Assembly: GCA_965200155.1 (NCBI GenBank)
Contig: CBDATR010000024.1
Span: 128,001-192,000 of the forward strand
Origin: Nitrosopumilaceae archaeon
GTDB lineage: Archaea > Thermoproteota > Nitrososphaeria > Nitrososphaerales > Nitrosopumilaceae
Direction: 5' to 3'
DNA: 64,000 nucleotides
How positions within the stretch are numbered: position 1 is the first letter of the stretch; the number at the start of each line of letters is the position of its first letter. Made by a program: the position numbers and the translations under genes. A model generated the notes under the pieces. The model ran no database searches. It worked only from the letters and a program-made list of their open reading frames with translations, and was not told where the DNA came from. Positions 31,883-41,677 of this stretch are shown here, piece by piece.

Positions 31883-32026
31883 AGACCTTATGCCATGATT
31901 GACAGTAACAGCCTAGGTTGCTTCAAACTGGTATGAGTTCACCTGTGTCTAAATTTACGCACAACTGATCGCGACAGTTAATGTGATTTGTGCATAAGAT
32001 TCCGGAAGAAAGACGTGAACTCATAC
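31883..32026. mobile_element. IS5 right-end fragment (31883-31930) abutting a 96-bp MITE (31931-32026)
   Basis: AGACCTTATGC..ATGATTGACAGTAACAGC; MITE carries a 4-bp internal duplication; no TSD. Confidence 0.9.
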
Positions 32027-32115
32027 AATCCATTACTTTCATGGGCTTCCAAGTCTATTTGTATAATGTTCATTAGAGTAAATACATATTTCAATTTAAT
32101 TACAAATAAATACGC

Positions 32116-32988
32116 TCATTTACTATGAGATTTTTTCTCAATATATTCCATAATTCCGGTATAGTCTAAGTGACCGTAGCCTTCCTTTGTGGCTTTTTGG
32201 TAGGTTTGCAAGGCCTCAGACAGCATGGGAAGATGTATCTTGGCATCTAGCATGGCATCCTGCATCGTTTCCAAATCCTTGGTCAAGTTCTCCAACATGA
32301 ATGTGGCTGGATATCTGCCCTTGGCCATCTTGAGTGCCTTCCTTTTACTCATTCCTGTGCCAAAGTATGTTGAGTTAAGCACATCTAAAAATGTCTCTGG
32401 TTCTACTCCCAAACCACGTACAATACACATACCTTCGGATAATGATAGTGCCAACATGGCTATCTGCAAGTTCATGGCCAGCTTTACAGAATGCGCAGAT
32501 CCCGCGTGACCTAGATAATGTTGTTTTATAGTCAGTGATGATAATATTTCATTTATCTGTTGATATGTTTCCCACTTCCCGCCTATCATTGCTACCAGCC
32601 GTCCTTCAGCTACGGCATCAGGACCCCCCATTACGGGAACATCTAGCCAATCTATTCCGTGATTAAAAAATTGCTGATGTATTTTACGTGATTGGGCAGG
32701 AAGTATGGTGCTCATATCCGCCACTATCATTCCTGCATGCATACCTTGTACCAGACCATTATCCCCAAAGGATATGGAACGTACAGCTGCAGCGTCCCGC
32801 ACTACTGTAAACACAACACTGCTTGTCCTTGCAAGCTCTCGCGGCGTATCTACCACCATACCGCCCGCTTCCTGTACTGAATCTGTCTTTGATTTGGTCC
32901 TGTTGTATACTGTGACGTCATGTCCTGTTTGTATGAGACGAAGCGCAACAGCTTTTCCCAGCATGCCTGTGCCTGCTATGCCTATCAT
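32116..32988 (-). CDS. NAD(P)-dependent beta-hydroxyacid dehydrogenase (3-hydroxyisobutyrate DH family)
   Basis: GIAGTGMLG, YNRT, DMSTI, DVPVMGG, KLAMN motifs. Confidence 0.9.
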   Translation of the reverse strand: MIGIAGTGMLGKAVALRLIQTGHDVTVYNRTKSKTDSVQEAGGMVVDTPRELARTSSVVFTVVRDAAAVRSISFGDNGLVQGMHAGMIVADMSTILPAQSRKIHQQFFNHGIDWLDVPVMGGPDAVAEGRLVAMIGGKWETYQQINEILSSLTIKQHYLGHAGSAHSVKLAMNLQIAMLALSLSEGMCIVRGLGVEPETFLDVLNSTYFGTGMSKRKALKMAKGRYPATFMLENLTKDLETMQDAMLDAKIHLPMLSEALQTYQKATKEGYGHLDYTGIMEYIEKKSHSK

Positions 32989-33359
32989 ATTCTTTCCTCT
33001 CCTTTTAGCTTCCAGAAGCCACCAAACAGTGGGGCCTCGAACTCCAAGTGACCAAGTGTTTGCTCTCCTCGTCGCACTATTGCGTAGTCAAACTTCGACA
33101 TGCGAAATACCCGCTCTCGTGGCTTGTAACCACCCTCTATCACCTTGACCTTAAACCTCTTGCTGGCGCGTATTACCATCTTACGAGCAGCCTGTACATC
33201 ACCCATCCACGAAAACATCTCAAACTCTCCAAAATTCTTTGTGGATACGATATGGCCATACAACCTTGCCTCCAGTCTGCCTGTTGATTGACGATTTAAC
33301 CATTCCACTACCTTCTGGCCACTTCCAAGTTCTGTACCAAATGTCTCCGAATCGCGCAT
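32985..33359 (-). CDS. Hypothetical protein
   Basis: 124-aa ORF overlapping the next gene by 4 bp (operon-like). Confidence 0.7.
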   Translation of the reverse strand: MRDSETFGTELGSGQKVVEWLNRQSTGRLEARLYGHIVSTKNFGEFEMFSWMGDVQAARKMVIRASKRFKVKVIEGGYKPRERVFRMSKFDYAIVRRGEQTLGHLEFEAPLFGGFWKLKGEERI

Positions 33360-33397
33360 TAAATATTATAGTTATTATGCCACAAATAATTATTCGC

Positions 33398-34222
33398 TTA
33401 AATTTTGCACTTCATAATCATATAGTCAATAACATTGTGTTCTGATGCCCACTTCATGTCTTGCAGGGATCTATACAGTATCCATTCTACATAACCCGGA
33501 TATTGTGACAGTATGCGCTGTCTTATGTAATGCCTGTGTTTCATGTAATATGCTGCCAATGGCTCATACACCTGACTTCCCACCATGTTCTCATATATTA
33601 TCTTGAATCCTGCTGATCTCATGGACTGCCGCACTGTACTGGAATCATATCTCTCTGATGACCATGTCAAATACAGTGTCCGTAGCTTGGATACGGTGTA
33701 ATTACCGCCTATGATGGGTATGAACAGACATGCCATACCGCCAGACTTTAAGATTCGGGCAGATTCAGTTGCAAATGAACTTAATGGATAAAAATGCTGT
33801 GCTGATTCCAAAGCCAGCACTACATCCACACTGTGTGATGCTAGGGGGATATTCATTGCGCTACCATTCACCATATCGGTGCCAGACCTGGAATTACTCA
33901 GAGTACGATAATTCACATCCACACATGTAACATGAAGATCCGGCACACGTTCACGCCATATGCGGGCCGGATCTGCAAAACCACAACCCACATCTGCCAC
34001 CTTCATGTTATTGTGTAGTTCCGCCACGCGCTCTGCATATGTTGCCATGTTGTGTTGAGCAGCTAGCGGATCATTGCACTTGTTATCCCACAATCCAAAA
34101 TTAAGGCTGGTTCCACCTGTTGCAAGGCACATTATTCCGGAGAGTTCGTTGTACAATCGTACAATATCCTGTGGTTTACGCCTGAATGTCCACAGCAGTA
34201 TGTCTTTTGGATGGATGATCAT
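33398..34222 (-). CDS. Class I SAM-dependent methyltransferase
   Basis: LNFGLW, VADVGCG, DVVLALESAQHF, RILKSGG. Confidence 0.88.
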   Translation of the reverse strand: MIIHPKDILLWTFRRKPQDIVRLYNELSGIMCLATGGTSLNFGLWDNKCNDPLAAQHNMATYAERVAELHNNMKVADVGCGFADPARIWRERVPDLHVTCVDVNYRTLSNSRSGTDMVNGSAMNIPLASHSVDVVLALESAQHFYPLSSFATESARILKSGGMACLFIPIIGGNYTVSKLRTLYLTWSSERYDSSTVRQSMRSAGFKIIYENMVGSQVYEPLAAYYMKHRHYIRQRILSQYPGYVEWILYRSLQDMKWASEHNVIDYMIMKCKI

Positions 34223-34226
34223 ACCA

Positions 34227-34358
34227 TCAGGGCAGCTCGTCGGCATCTTCTGCACAATACTTGTGCACCCATATGCCCGCAGCGTTCTTGGATATCTCCC
34301 TGCCCACTTTTATCATATCTCCACAAGCACTACATTTTGTTGCAAAGCGCGCTTTCAT
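34227..34358 (-). CDS. Small Zn-binding protein
   Basis: MKARFATKCSACG..I..G..I......WVH..C. Confidence 0.65.
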   Translation of the reverse strand: MKARFATKCSACGDMIKVGREISKNAAGIWVHKYCAEDADELP

Positions 34359-34707
34359 GAGTGTATGCTGGCGGATACGTATTTGTGTCTTGTTGCCAAT
34401 ATTGTCAGATGTTGTGTAGATGACTTTGATATAATCAAAGTCTCTGCCGTACCATGGGTCGTCACCGTGCCCATCCACTCATTGTACTTTGCCATCCCCA
34501 ATTTGATTTCCGGTACTGGAGATTATGCACATAGGTAGGGAATACTCGATAGTGATGGACTTTGCGCGTGATCATTTTTAACTTAGCTATTTTACAAGCC
34601 TATTTGCATAATATACTACGATTGTTATATAAGAATGGATAAAAATGCACAAACCGTATCTTACAGATACGATTTTTATCTATTTTATTGAGTTATGCAA
34701 CAAACTT

Positions 34708-34779
34708 GTATATCTTCACATGTGTCCAAATTTACGCACGATCAATAGTAGCAGTTTATACAAATACGTGAACTTGTAC
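34708..34779. mobile_element. Degenerate 72-bp relative of the MITE
   Basis: GTATATCTTCACATGTGTCCAAATTTACGCAC ... ACGTGAACTTGTAC. Confidence 0.6.
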
Positions 34780-34790
34780 TATGTCCTGGT

Positions 34791-36065
34791 TCAAAGTTGT
34801 GGTATGTTATACTTGACGTTATATCTTACTCCGGTGAGGCTGTATAACACCTTTTGAATACTGGCTATCTCAATTGGTATGGCATTAGCTGCAGACTGAG
34901 CCGCGTTCTTTGCATCTTCAATTCTTCTCTTTGTGTTCTCCATGTCATTCTGGAGTAAATGTAACCTGTCCTGTAATCGTTCTATACGATCTGGGTCTGA
35001 CTCCTGTATCTGCTTATGTACGCCTCTGATGAGTTCATCTACATCGTACGCTCGACTCACAAAGTCCGGTATACTCTTCTGTGTCTGTATTATGGCAGCC
35101 TCTGCCTTATCCACATCCTTGACAGATATGGATTCTGTTGCTACTGCCTTGCGTATGACTTCCAATAATGTAAGTACATCTTCCTGTTCCCCCTTGGTCA
35201 TGGTGCCATATGGATTCTGTATTACTCTACGAAGCAGGGCGCTCTGAACTTTGTCGGCAGATACATGAACGTAACGATCCAGTGGCCTTGATATCTTTGT
35301 GAACTGGGTCGCCACTTCTGATATTAACAAATCCCTGTCATTCTTGCCCATATCAAGGGTTTTTTGTAGATCCTGTAACTTGGCATATTCTATAGATGAT
35401 TTGAAAGTGTCAATGGCACCCATAGCCTTGGATATCTCCTGTGTTATTTCCTCTAGTTTGGCAGCAGTCTGGGTCTGCCTATTGTAGTTATCTCGGACTG
35501 ATTCCTCAAGTATATGGATTGATTTGACACCCTCGACTACACCTAGCGCCAGGGACTCATCCGCTTGATACTGGACGATCCGTTTGGATATGGCCTTCCG
35601 GTTAGCGTCCATCTCTTCAAGTATCTGTTTTAGGCGCGTGGCATATTTTTCTGCGAACGCGTGTATAATTCGAGTCTGTTTGCCCAATATGTTGCCCATC
35701 TTTTTGAGATGGTGTTCCAGTTCGCCGTTGGCCCGTATCATGTCATCATAGTTGTGGATGGGCTTGATCTCTATGGCATTGTTACGCAGGGTCTCCACCA
35801 ACATCTTTTTGCCTTTGACTACCAAAGGGCGTATGCGTTTGTCTACCTCTTCTATCATTACTTTGTCACGATCTAAGTCATGGTGTATCTTTACGAGCTC
35901 CCGGATGGAATCGTTGGTATTATGTAGCGCAGTAGATGCCGCCTGTACCGCGGACTCTTCTCTTCTCTGGCGAGCCTCCTGGGCCACTCTTGGCGCATCA
36001 TCTAAATTTACTACTCTTGTCTCTGTCACGGGCTTCTGAGGCTTTTTCTTACTCCATCCAAACAT
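34791..36065 (-). CDS. Long coiled-coil hypothetical protein
   Basis: 424-aa helical, charged ORF; no catalytic motif recognised. Confidence 0.75.
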   Translation of the reverse strand: MFGWSKKKPQKPVTETRVVNLDDAPRVAQEARQRREESAVQAASTALHNTNDSIRELVKIHHDLDRDKVMIEEVDKRIRPLVVKGKKMLVETLRNNAIEIKPIHNYDDMIRANGELEHHLKKMGNILGKQTRIIHAFAEKYATRLKQILEEMDANRKAISKRIVQYQADESLALGVVEGVKSIHILEESVRDNYNRQTQTAAKLEEITQEISKAMGAIDTFKSSIEYAKLQDLQKTLDMGKNDRDLLISEVATQFTKISRPLDRYVHVSADKVQSALLRRVIQNPYGTMTKGEQEDVLTLLEVIRKAVATESISVKDVDKAEAAIIQTQKSIPDFVSRAYDVDELIRGVHKQIQESDPDRIERLQDRLHLLQNDMENTKRRIEDAKNAAQSAANAIPIEIASIQKVLYSLTGVRYNVKYNIPQL

Positions 36066-36293
36066 TGTATTGTAGTATGCACAATGTATCTAAAACATTT
36101 GCCATTCAATGGTTTGCGCCCCTCAAACTGAGACTCGCATGATGACCAACATTGGGCAGTAGTATTAAAATCGGAAACGCCACTCTTGGTGACATTCATC
36201 CATGACTCCGAATACATCCGGTGGGGGAGTCTGGGATTTCAACATGTTCCAGAATAGGAGCGCGAACTCAGAAAGACCAACCGCTGTAAGATG

Positions 36294-37031
36294 GTAGGAG
36301 TTCATATGTAGTGGACAAATACCTGAACGGTTACCAGGGCGCGATAGTCACAGACAGGTACGTTGTGTATTGCCGGTTTGATGACGGTGGGAAGCACCAG
36401 TTGTGTTGGGCGCATTTATTGCGCGATACCAGTATATTACATGCAGGATTCTCTATTGATCCCGGTGATCAGGACGCCCGGATCAAACTTGACAACGATT
36501 TGAAAGAATTGTTCCGGAGCGCACGTGAATCCCTGAATCGCTGCGGGCCGTCCGCGCAATTACGACACTCATTTGAGGCAGGAGCAGATGCATCAGTATT
36601 GTGATGTTGATGATACTGAACTGCAAAAGAAGGTAAAAGGATTGAATAAGGCCATACCAGGCATGTTCGTATTCCTAGAATATGACAGTGTGGAGCCCAC
36701 CAACAATCCAGCGGAGCAGTGGAACCGGTTCTGATACGCAGTGGTATTCCGTAAGATTAGTGGCCAGATAAAGGGTGTGAAAGGGCCATGCGCCGCATGT
36801 CCATATGTGTTCAGACATGGCGGGCTCAGGGCCTTTCTGTAATGAACGAGTACGAGTTCACGTCTTCCGGAATCTTGTGCACAAATCACATTAACTGTCG
36901 CGATCAGTTATGCGTAAATTTAGACACAGGTGAACTCATACATGAACGAGGTTGCTGCCAGAATGCAATTATAATTGAAAAACTGGGATGTATTCTATCT
37001 TATTATGTGATCAAAACACGTGAACTCATAC
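36294..37031 (+). mobile_element. Non-autonomous IS66 derivative using a cryptic internal left end
   Basis: Begins at GTAGGAGTTCAT, ends at true IRR; TSD GTAAGATG (36286-36293 / 37032-37039). Confidence 0.88.
36850..36941. mobile_element. 92-bp MITE inside IS66 derivative
   Basis: TSD ATGAACGA. Confidence 0.95.
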
Positions 37032-37047
37032 GTAAGATGAGTCCACT

Positions 37048-37707
37048 TTATCCATACACTGCAAGTACCATTGCATGATCCTTGTGATATGGCATGAGTT
37101 CTACGCTTTGCAGTACTTGGAACCCCTTAAGCTTTGACGCTTCCTCCTCGAATATGGCCCTTGGGCTGCGTACCATGTTTATGCTGCGCGCCTTTATCAC
37201 CAAAAATAGGTATCCACCCTTTTTGAGGTATCTTTTACAGTTTGTAATCGCAATGTTGGTTTGATCTGGCTGGGCAATATCGCAGTATACGACATCTACA
37301 TGCCCGAATACGGAAAAGTATTCTGATGGTCTTCTGGCATTCTGTAATACCGGAATTACGTTACTTCGATAATTTGCCACCCTATCCAGTAGATCCCGTG
37401 CCACCCTGCTTGCATGTTCCACTGCAAAGACCACACCGCCTGTTCCTACCATGTCTGATACATGACTCACGGTTGTACCGGTAGATGCGCCCAGATACAA
37501 TACTCGTGAGCCATACACTATGGGGATCTCGTTTATTCCGTTAAGTATGGATGATGCCAGCTTGCTCCGGTAGGGATCCCATATCCGGTACTGTATCTTT
37601 TTGTGTTTAACCAGCTTCTCTTTGTATACGCGCACATCTGGAACTAGATTCTCAGTGGCAAGCCTCTCCTCTCCTTCGAACCGTACAGTGATGTAGTTAG
37701 CGATCAA
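37048..37707 (-). CDS. flpA: Fibrillarin (rRNA/tRNA 2'-O-methyltransferase)
   Basis: YRIWDPYRSKL, VLYLGASTGTTVSHVSD, DIAQPDQ, IKARSI, PYHKDHA. Confidence 0.96.
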   Translation of the reverse strand: MIANYITVRFEGEERLATENLVPDVRVYKEKLVKHKKIQYRIWDPYRSKLASSILNGINEIPIVYGSRVLYLGASTGTTVSHVSDMVGTGGVVFAVEHASRVARDLLDRVANYRSNVIPVLQNARRPSEYFSVFGHVDVVYCDIAQPDQTNIAITNCKRYLKKGGYLFLVIKARSINMVRSPRAIFEEEASKLKGFQVLQSVELMPYHKDHAMVLAVYG

Positions 37708-38968
37708 ATCTTCTCTTTCGCTTTACATTTTTACTGCGACGGCGAGTCTTATCATGCTTTGGTACACGGGAATGGTCTCCCTTAGATGATCTGAAGTCTC
37801 GCTGTCTGCCGATTTTAGTTTTTCTTGTGGGAAGATCCTGTTGTGGTTTTACAGGGGCTTCTTTGTATTTGTCTGCTATCTCAATAACCCTGACGTTCAA
37901 CCTCTCCAGTAACGTCTCGTTAAGCACCGGGTTATGCAGATCCATCCTTGCAGCTATGACTGTCTTGGATGCCACAGCTCTGGCTATCTTGCCTCTCTGC
38001 CATCGGGGCGCGCCGTGAACTAGGGGATGTTGGAACAGCAATCCATGTTTCGGGGGCCGGGAGCCTGTCTTTAGCGAGTGGAATAATGCCTTCTCGGCTC
38101 CAAGGACTTGAATGGTACTGGCGGCCTTGGATGCAAGTTTGTTAAGACTGCCTGCCCTGGCCAATAACCGGGCGCCCAATCCGGCACCGGTTATGATGGT
38201 GAGATTGGGTGCTGCACGTTTCATCTGTGACTCTACATGCTCATCCAAGGATTGCCGGGTCTTATACAGAGACAGCGTATCTCTTGCCATGGCCTGTGTA
38301 CACTCCAAGTCTTCATCAGTTATCTCCCCGCCACGGCTGGTTTTGGCCACAAGACTTAGCATATCCGCCTTGGATTCTGGAAAACCCATCTTTACGAATG
38401 CGTCCATGTCTAGGCCGTTCCGTCTTCCGGCCAGGACCACATTACAATAGCCTGCCATACTATCCACAAGGTTCTCCAGTTCCGGAAAGTGTAAACCGTA
38501 CCATTCCCGGAGTCTGCCAAACATTGAGTTAGATATACGATCTGTTTCATCTAGGGAATTTATTGCCTGTATGATATGCAGATCCAGCGTTCCGGATATC
38601 TGGGCCACTCTGGATGAGGAGAGATCCAGAGCAAAACTGCGGAGTTTGCCTAGCGCGTCATGTTCGTTGGACACAAATCCGGCGGTTACCAGAAGGGAAA
38701 TTTTGGAGTCCTGTATTTCATTAAGCCTGTCATCATTCATCATCTTCGCAACAACAGAGTTCCGGTTCAGTATGGAAAGAAGACCCTCGTCATTGGTCTC
38801 GACATCGGAGATATCCTCTGCCATGGGCGCAACCAGATCATGTAGGCGGGCTTTGCCCGATCGTACGTCCAAGTATTCCTTGGCATGTTCTGTAAATGGA
38901 TGCGATCTTGTGTATTCCCCGTCCTTCATAGTCATGACGCCAAGCTCTGTTAGTATAACCTCGTACAT
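37697..38968 (-). CDS. nop5: C/D box sRNP protein Nop5 (Nop56/58)
   Basis: RLREWYGLHFPEL, APNL, ASTIQVLGAEKALF, PPKHGLLFQHP, RGKIAR. Confidence 0.95.
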   Translation of the reverse strand: MYEVILTELGVMTMKDGEYTRSHPFTEHAKEYLDVRSGKARLHDLVAPMAEDISDVETNDEGLLSILNRNSVVAKMMNDDRLNEIQDSKISLLVTAGFVSNEHDALGKLRSFALDLSSSRVAQISGTLDLHIIQAINSLDETDRISNSMFGRLREWYGLHFPELENLVDSMAGYCNVVLAGRRNGLDMDAFVKMGFPESKADMLSLVAKTSRGGEITDEDLECTQAMARDTLSLYKTRQSLDEHVESQMKRAAPNLTIITGAGLGARLLARAGSLNKLASKAASTIQVLGAEKALFHSLKTGSRPPKHGLLFQHPLVHGAPRWQRGKIARAVASKTVIAARMDLHNPVLNETLLERLNVRVIEIADKYKEAPVKPQQDLPTRKTKIGRQRDFRSSKGDHSRVPKHDKTRRRSKNVKRKRRFDR

Positions 38969-39158
38969 ATCGTTGGTCGGCACATTCACCTTTAAAAACG
39001 ATATACATTTCATGAAACGTAACCGTTTAGATCGCAAAAGTTTGGGTACGAGTTTGCAGGGATCATTGATGATAAGGGTATATTGTTCAGTTTTAGAATA
39101 CGTTAGTCTAGGTTCTGGCCGCCCGGATTAGAATCACGCCTGGAATTACCTAAACGGT

Positions 39159-39250
39159 GTATGAGTTCACCTGTGTCTAAATTTACGTATAACTGATCGC
39201 GACAGTTAATGTGATTTGTGCATAAAATTCCGGAAGACGTGAACTCATAC
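39159..39250. mobile_element. 92-bp MITE
   Basis: TIRs intact; 7-bp duplication AAACGGT. Confidence 0.94.
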
Positions 39251-39371
39251 AAACGGTTACTCATGGAACGAGTTTGTGTCTTTGAAACACTAGGGAATTG
39301 ACACATAAACCTGTACTTTATGGTAATATTACATAATGGCGCATCGCCTGGGTGCACATGTACAAGTTGCT

Positions 39372-40028
39372 TTACGTAACCTTGTTCGTCTCGTTATCTA
39401 TGATCATGCGCTCATCTCCTGCTATACGACACGCGGTATACCAGCTTCTTCTAGCAAAATCTGGAAACATGCCGGTGGTGTGATATATCTGGGCTACACA
39501 ATCCGCTGCCCTGGAATCGCTGGGATAGCCGCTTCCCACATGATGTGTGCGCCGTATACTTGATATGGATTTGTCTCTGGACACTTTGGCTAAAATGGAT
39601 GCTGCAGCCACTACCGTAAACTGTGAGTCTGCCTTGGTATATGCTCGTACGCGTTTGTCTCCGGCCAGTCTGGATAAACGCCTCTCAAAGAGCGAAGCAT
39701 CCGCATAACACGAGTCCACGTAGTATATGTCCGCGAATATGTGTGCCATTATGGCCGCCATGCGCTCCATCTCCAGATCCGCCAAACCATGGAACAGCAC
39801 ACTGTTGTCGATTGTACGGGGGCGCACCCGCTTTATGACGTACCCTGTAGCAACATTTAGTATTGTATCGTACAGGCGCATCCGGGTTCGTGGACTCAGT
39901 ACCTTGGAATCCCGTACCCCTTCTTCATATAGATATGGTAAGGACGTCTCCTCTATTGCAACGCCGGCTATTACCAATGGGCCTATGAAGGAGCCACGAC
40001 CAGCTTCGTCGATCCCGCATGCAATCAC
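39372..40028 (-). CDS. rnhB: Ribonuclease HII
   Basis: GIDEAGRG, VRDSK, KAD, VAAASILAKV.RD, GSGYPSD. Confidence 0.95.
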   Translation of the reverse strand: MIACGIDEAGRGSFIGPLVIAGVAIEETSLPYLYEEGVRDSKVLSPRTRMRLYDTILNVATGYVIKRVRPRTIDNSVLFHGLADLEMERMAAIMAHIFADIYYVDSCYADASLFERRLSRLAGDKRVRAYTKADSQFTVVAAASILAKVSRDKSISSIRRTHHVGSGYPSDSRAADCVAQIYHTTGMFPDFARRSWYTACRIAGDERMIIDNETNKVT

Positions 40029-40567
40029 ACCCTACACCGATCCACTCATTCTTCGTGGTTCTCATAAGTCTTATCATGTGTTATTATCGGCGTATTACAC
40101 AAAAATTAGTTCCGGCGCAAACCACGATAATTTTTACGAGGCGTAGCAATGGCGTGGTGGATACGCGAATCTATGGAGGCGCGGCTATAGTTTAGAGCCT
40201 TTATGTCTGGTATAGCGCCCACCATAAGTCTTTGCCGGGTATAGGACCGTACTTATATAGAACCACTACTAGAGTAGAATCACCAGATGATGGATGACAT
40301 AATTCAGACCGTCATTATACCGTTGAAAAATAATAGGGAATTCTTCCGGCGCGCCGAGATGTTTGGTTACACATCCGATTACGTGTATAACAGGGCGGTA
40401 TCCGAGATCACGCTGGGCGATTACTACACATCCGGAACCACTCTTGAATTGAAGCATGATCCGGCCAAGGTCAAGAATAAGAACGAGTCCGCCAAGTCAC
40501 CATATGGCCTAAAGAAGGTGACTCATTATACGTGAATCAGCTACCACGTTCTAGAACGGTTATCAAG

Positions 40568-40587
40568 AGACGGTTTACCCGTCCAAC
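40568..40587 (-). repeat. 20-bp REP-like hairpin insertion
   Basis: AGACGGTTTACCCGTCCAAC flanked by AAG/AAG; removal restores the tnpB frame. Confidence 0.8.
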
Positions 40588-40802
40588 AAGAATGGTTTGT
40601 TCCTGGAATTGACAAAGTGGCACCGTGATCTGGAGTGGGTGCGCGAGTTACCAGCTAACTATGGACGGGGTGCCATACTACAGGCGTCTGTCGCGTGCAG
40701 ACGGGCGTACAAGGATCATTCTAATTACATACCACACCGGCGCGACAATAATAGAGTAATGTGTGAGTCCACCAATAAGGCGTGGTTCTCGCGAACTATA
40801 CC

Positions 40803-40894
40803 GTATGAGTTCACCTGTGTCTAAATTTATGCATAACTGATCGCGACAGTTAATGTGATTTGTGCATAAGATTCCGGAAGACGTGAACTCATAC
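40803..40894. mobile_element. 92-bp MITE in tnpB
   Basis: TSD ACTATACC. Confidence 0.96.
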
Positions 40895-41483
40895 ACTATA
40901 CCTGCCGGGTATTGGTGTGGTGAGAACAACCAAACCAATCGATCATTCCCGGGACATGCACTCATTCAAGATAGTGGAACGAGTAACCAATAGTAGGGAG
41001 CGTCAATTCGAGATTCACATCAATATACGGGAGAAACCACCGACCGACCGGCGTTGCTCGCGGCGCGGATGTCGGCGGGAAACATCTAGCTGTAACAGTT
41101 GACACGAATGGTAGAACGATAATTCACAACACGAGACATCGTTCCATATTGCGGGAGATTAGCGCACTCCAGAGTATTAGAACGCGAAAGGGTAAGCGCA
41201 GGAAGCGAAAGATTGAGAAACAAATCACTCAATTACGACAGAAAGCGAATAATATCGCGAACGACTCCACGAATAGAGTAGTCCACACGGTCACCAAAGG
41301 TGTGGACAAGGTAATACTAGAGGATTTATAGCCGAAATCAATGACCAGTCATGGCGGGAACCGGAAAAGAGCAATGAACCGCCCCATGCGCGAGAACCGG
41401 GTAGGCGAGTTCTGCCGGAGAGTGGGGCAAAAGTGCGAGGCACTGGGGATTGAATTGGTGGCCGTGCCAGCGAAATACACGAG

Positions 41484-41503
41484 GGGCGGTTTACCCGTCC
41501 AAC
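41484..41503 (-). repeat. 20-bp REP-like hairpin insertion
   Basis: GGGCGGTTTACCCGTCCAAC flanked by GAG/GAG; removal restores KYTSQTCHVCG. Confidence 0.85.
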
Positions 41504-41654
41504 GAGCCAGACCTGTCACGTGTGTGGACACGTTGACGACAAATCACGATCAACTAGGGACACATTCAATATGTAACCAGGAATTTCACGCCGATATCAA
41601 CGCGGCGTTTAGTGACCGGTTTCCCTGTATGGGGCGGCAGAGCGTGTCGTCCGG

Positions 41655-41677
41655 GGGGGAACCGTTCCCCGCCCAAC
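41655..41677 (-). repeat. 23-bp REP-like hairpin insertion
   Basis: GGGGGAACCGTTCCCCGCCCAAC flanked by CGG/CGG; removal restores collinearity with the 28-kb relic. Confidence 0.75.

Larger units (their letters stand above)
40287..41612 (+). pseudogene. tnpB: RNA-guided endonuclease TnpB pseudogene
   Basis: Fragments give VYNRAV, LTKW...W, RuvC-I GADVGGKHLAV, RuvC-II VILEDL, YTSQTCHVCG, RuvC-III HADINAA. Disrupted by frameshifts, a stop, a MITE and micro-insertions. CTTATATA TATA box ~30 bp upstream. Confidence 0.9.

Noticed and set aside
36217-36245. Reverse tRNA-like start (GGTGGGGGAGTCTGGGATTTCAAC)
   Set aside because: No complete cloverleaf or canonical T-loop could be built.
40062-40075. 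CATAAGTCTT here and AAGACTTATA at 51723 as extra TIR copies
   Set aside because: The match is limited to ~10 bp without the GCTATA terminus; both sit ~30-40 bp upstream of genes and are more likely ordinary BRE/TATA promoters.
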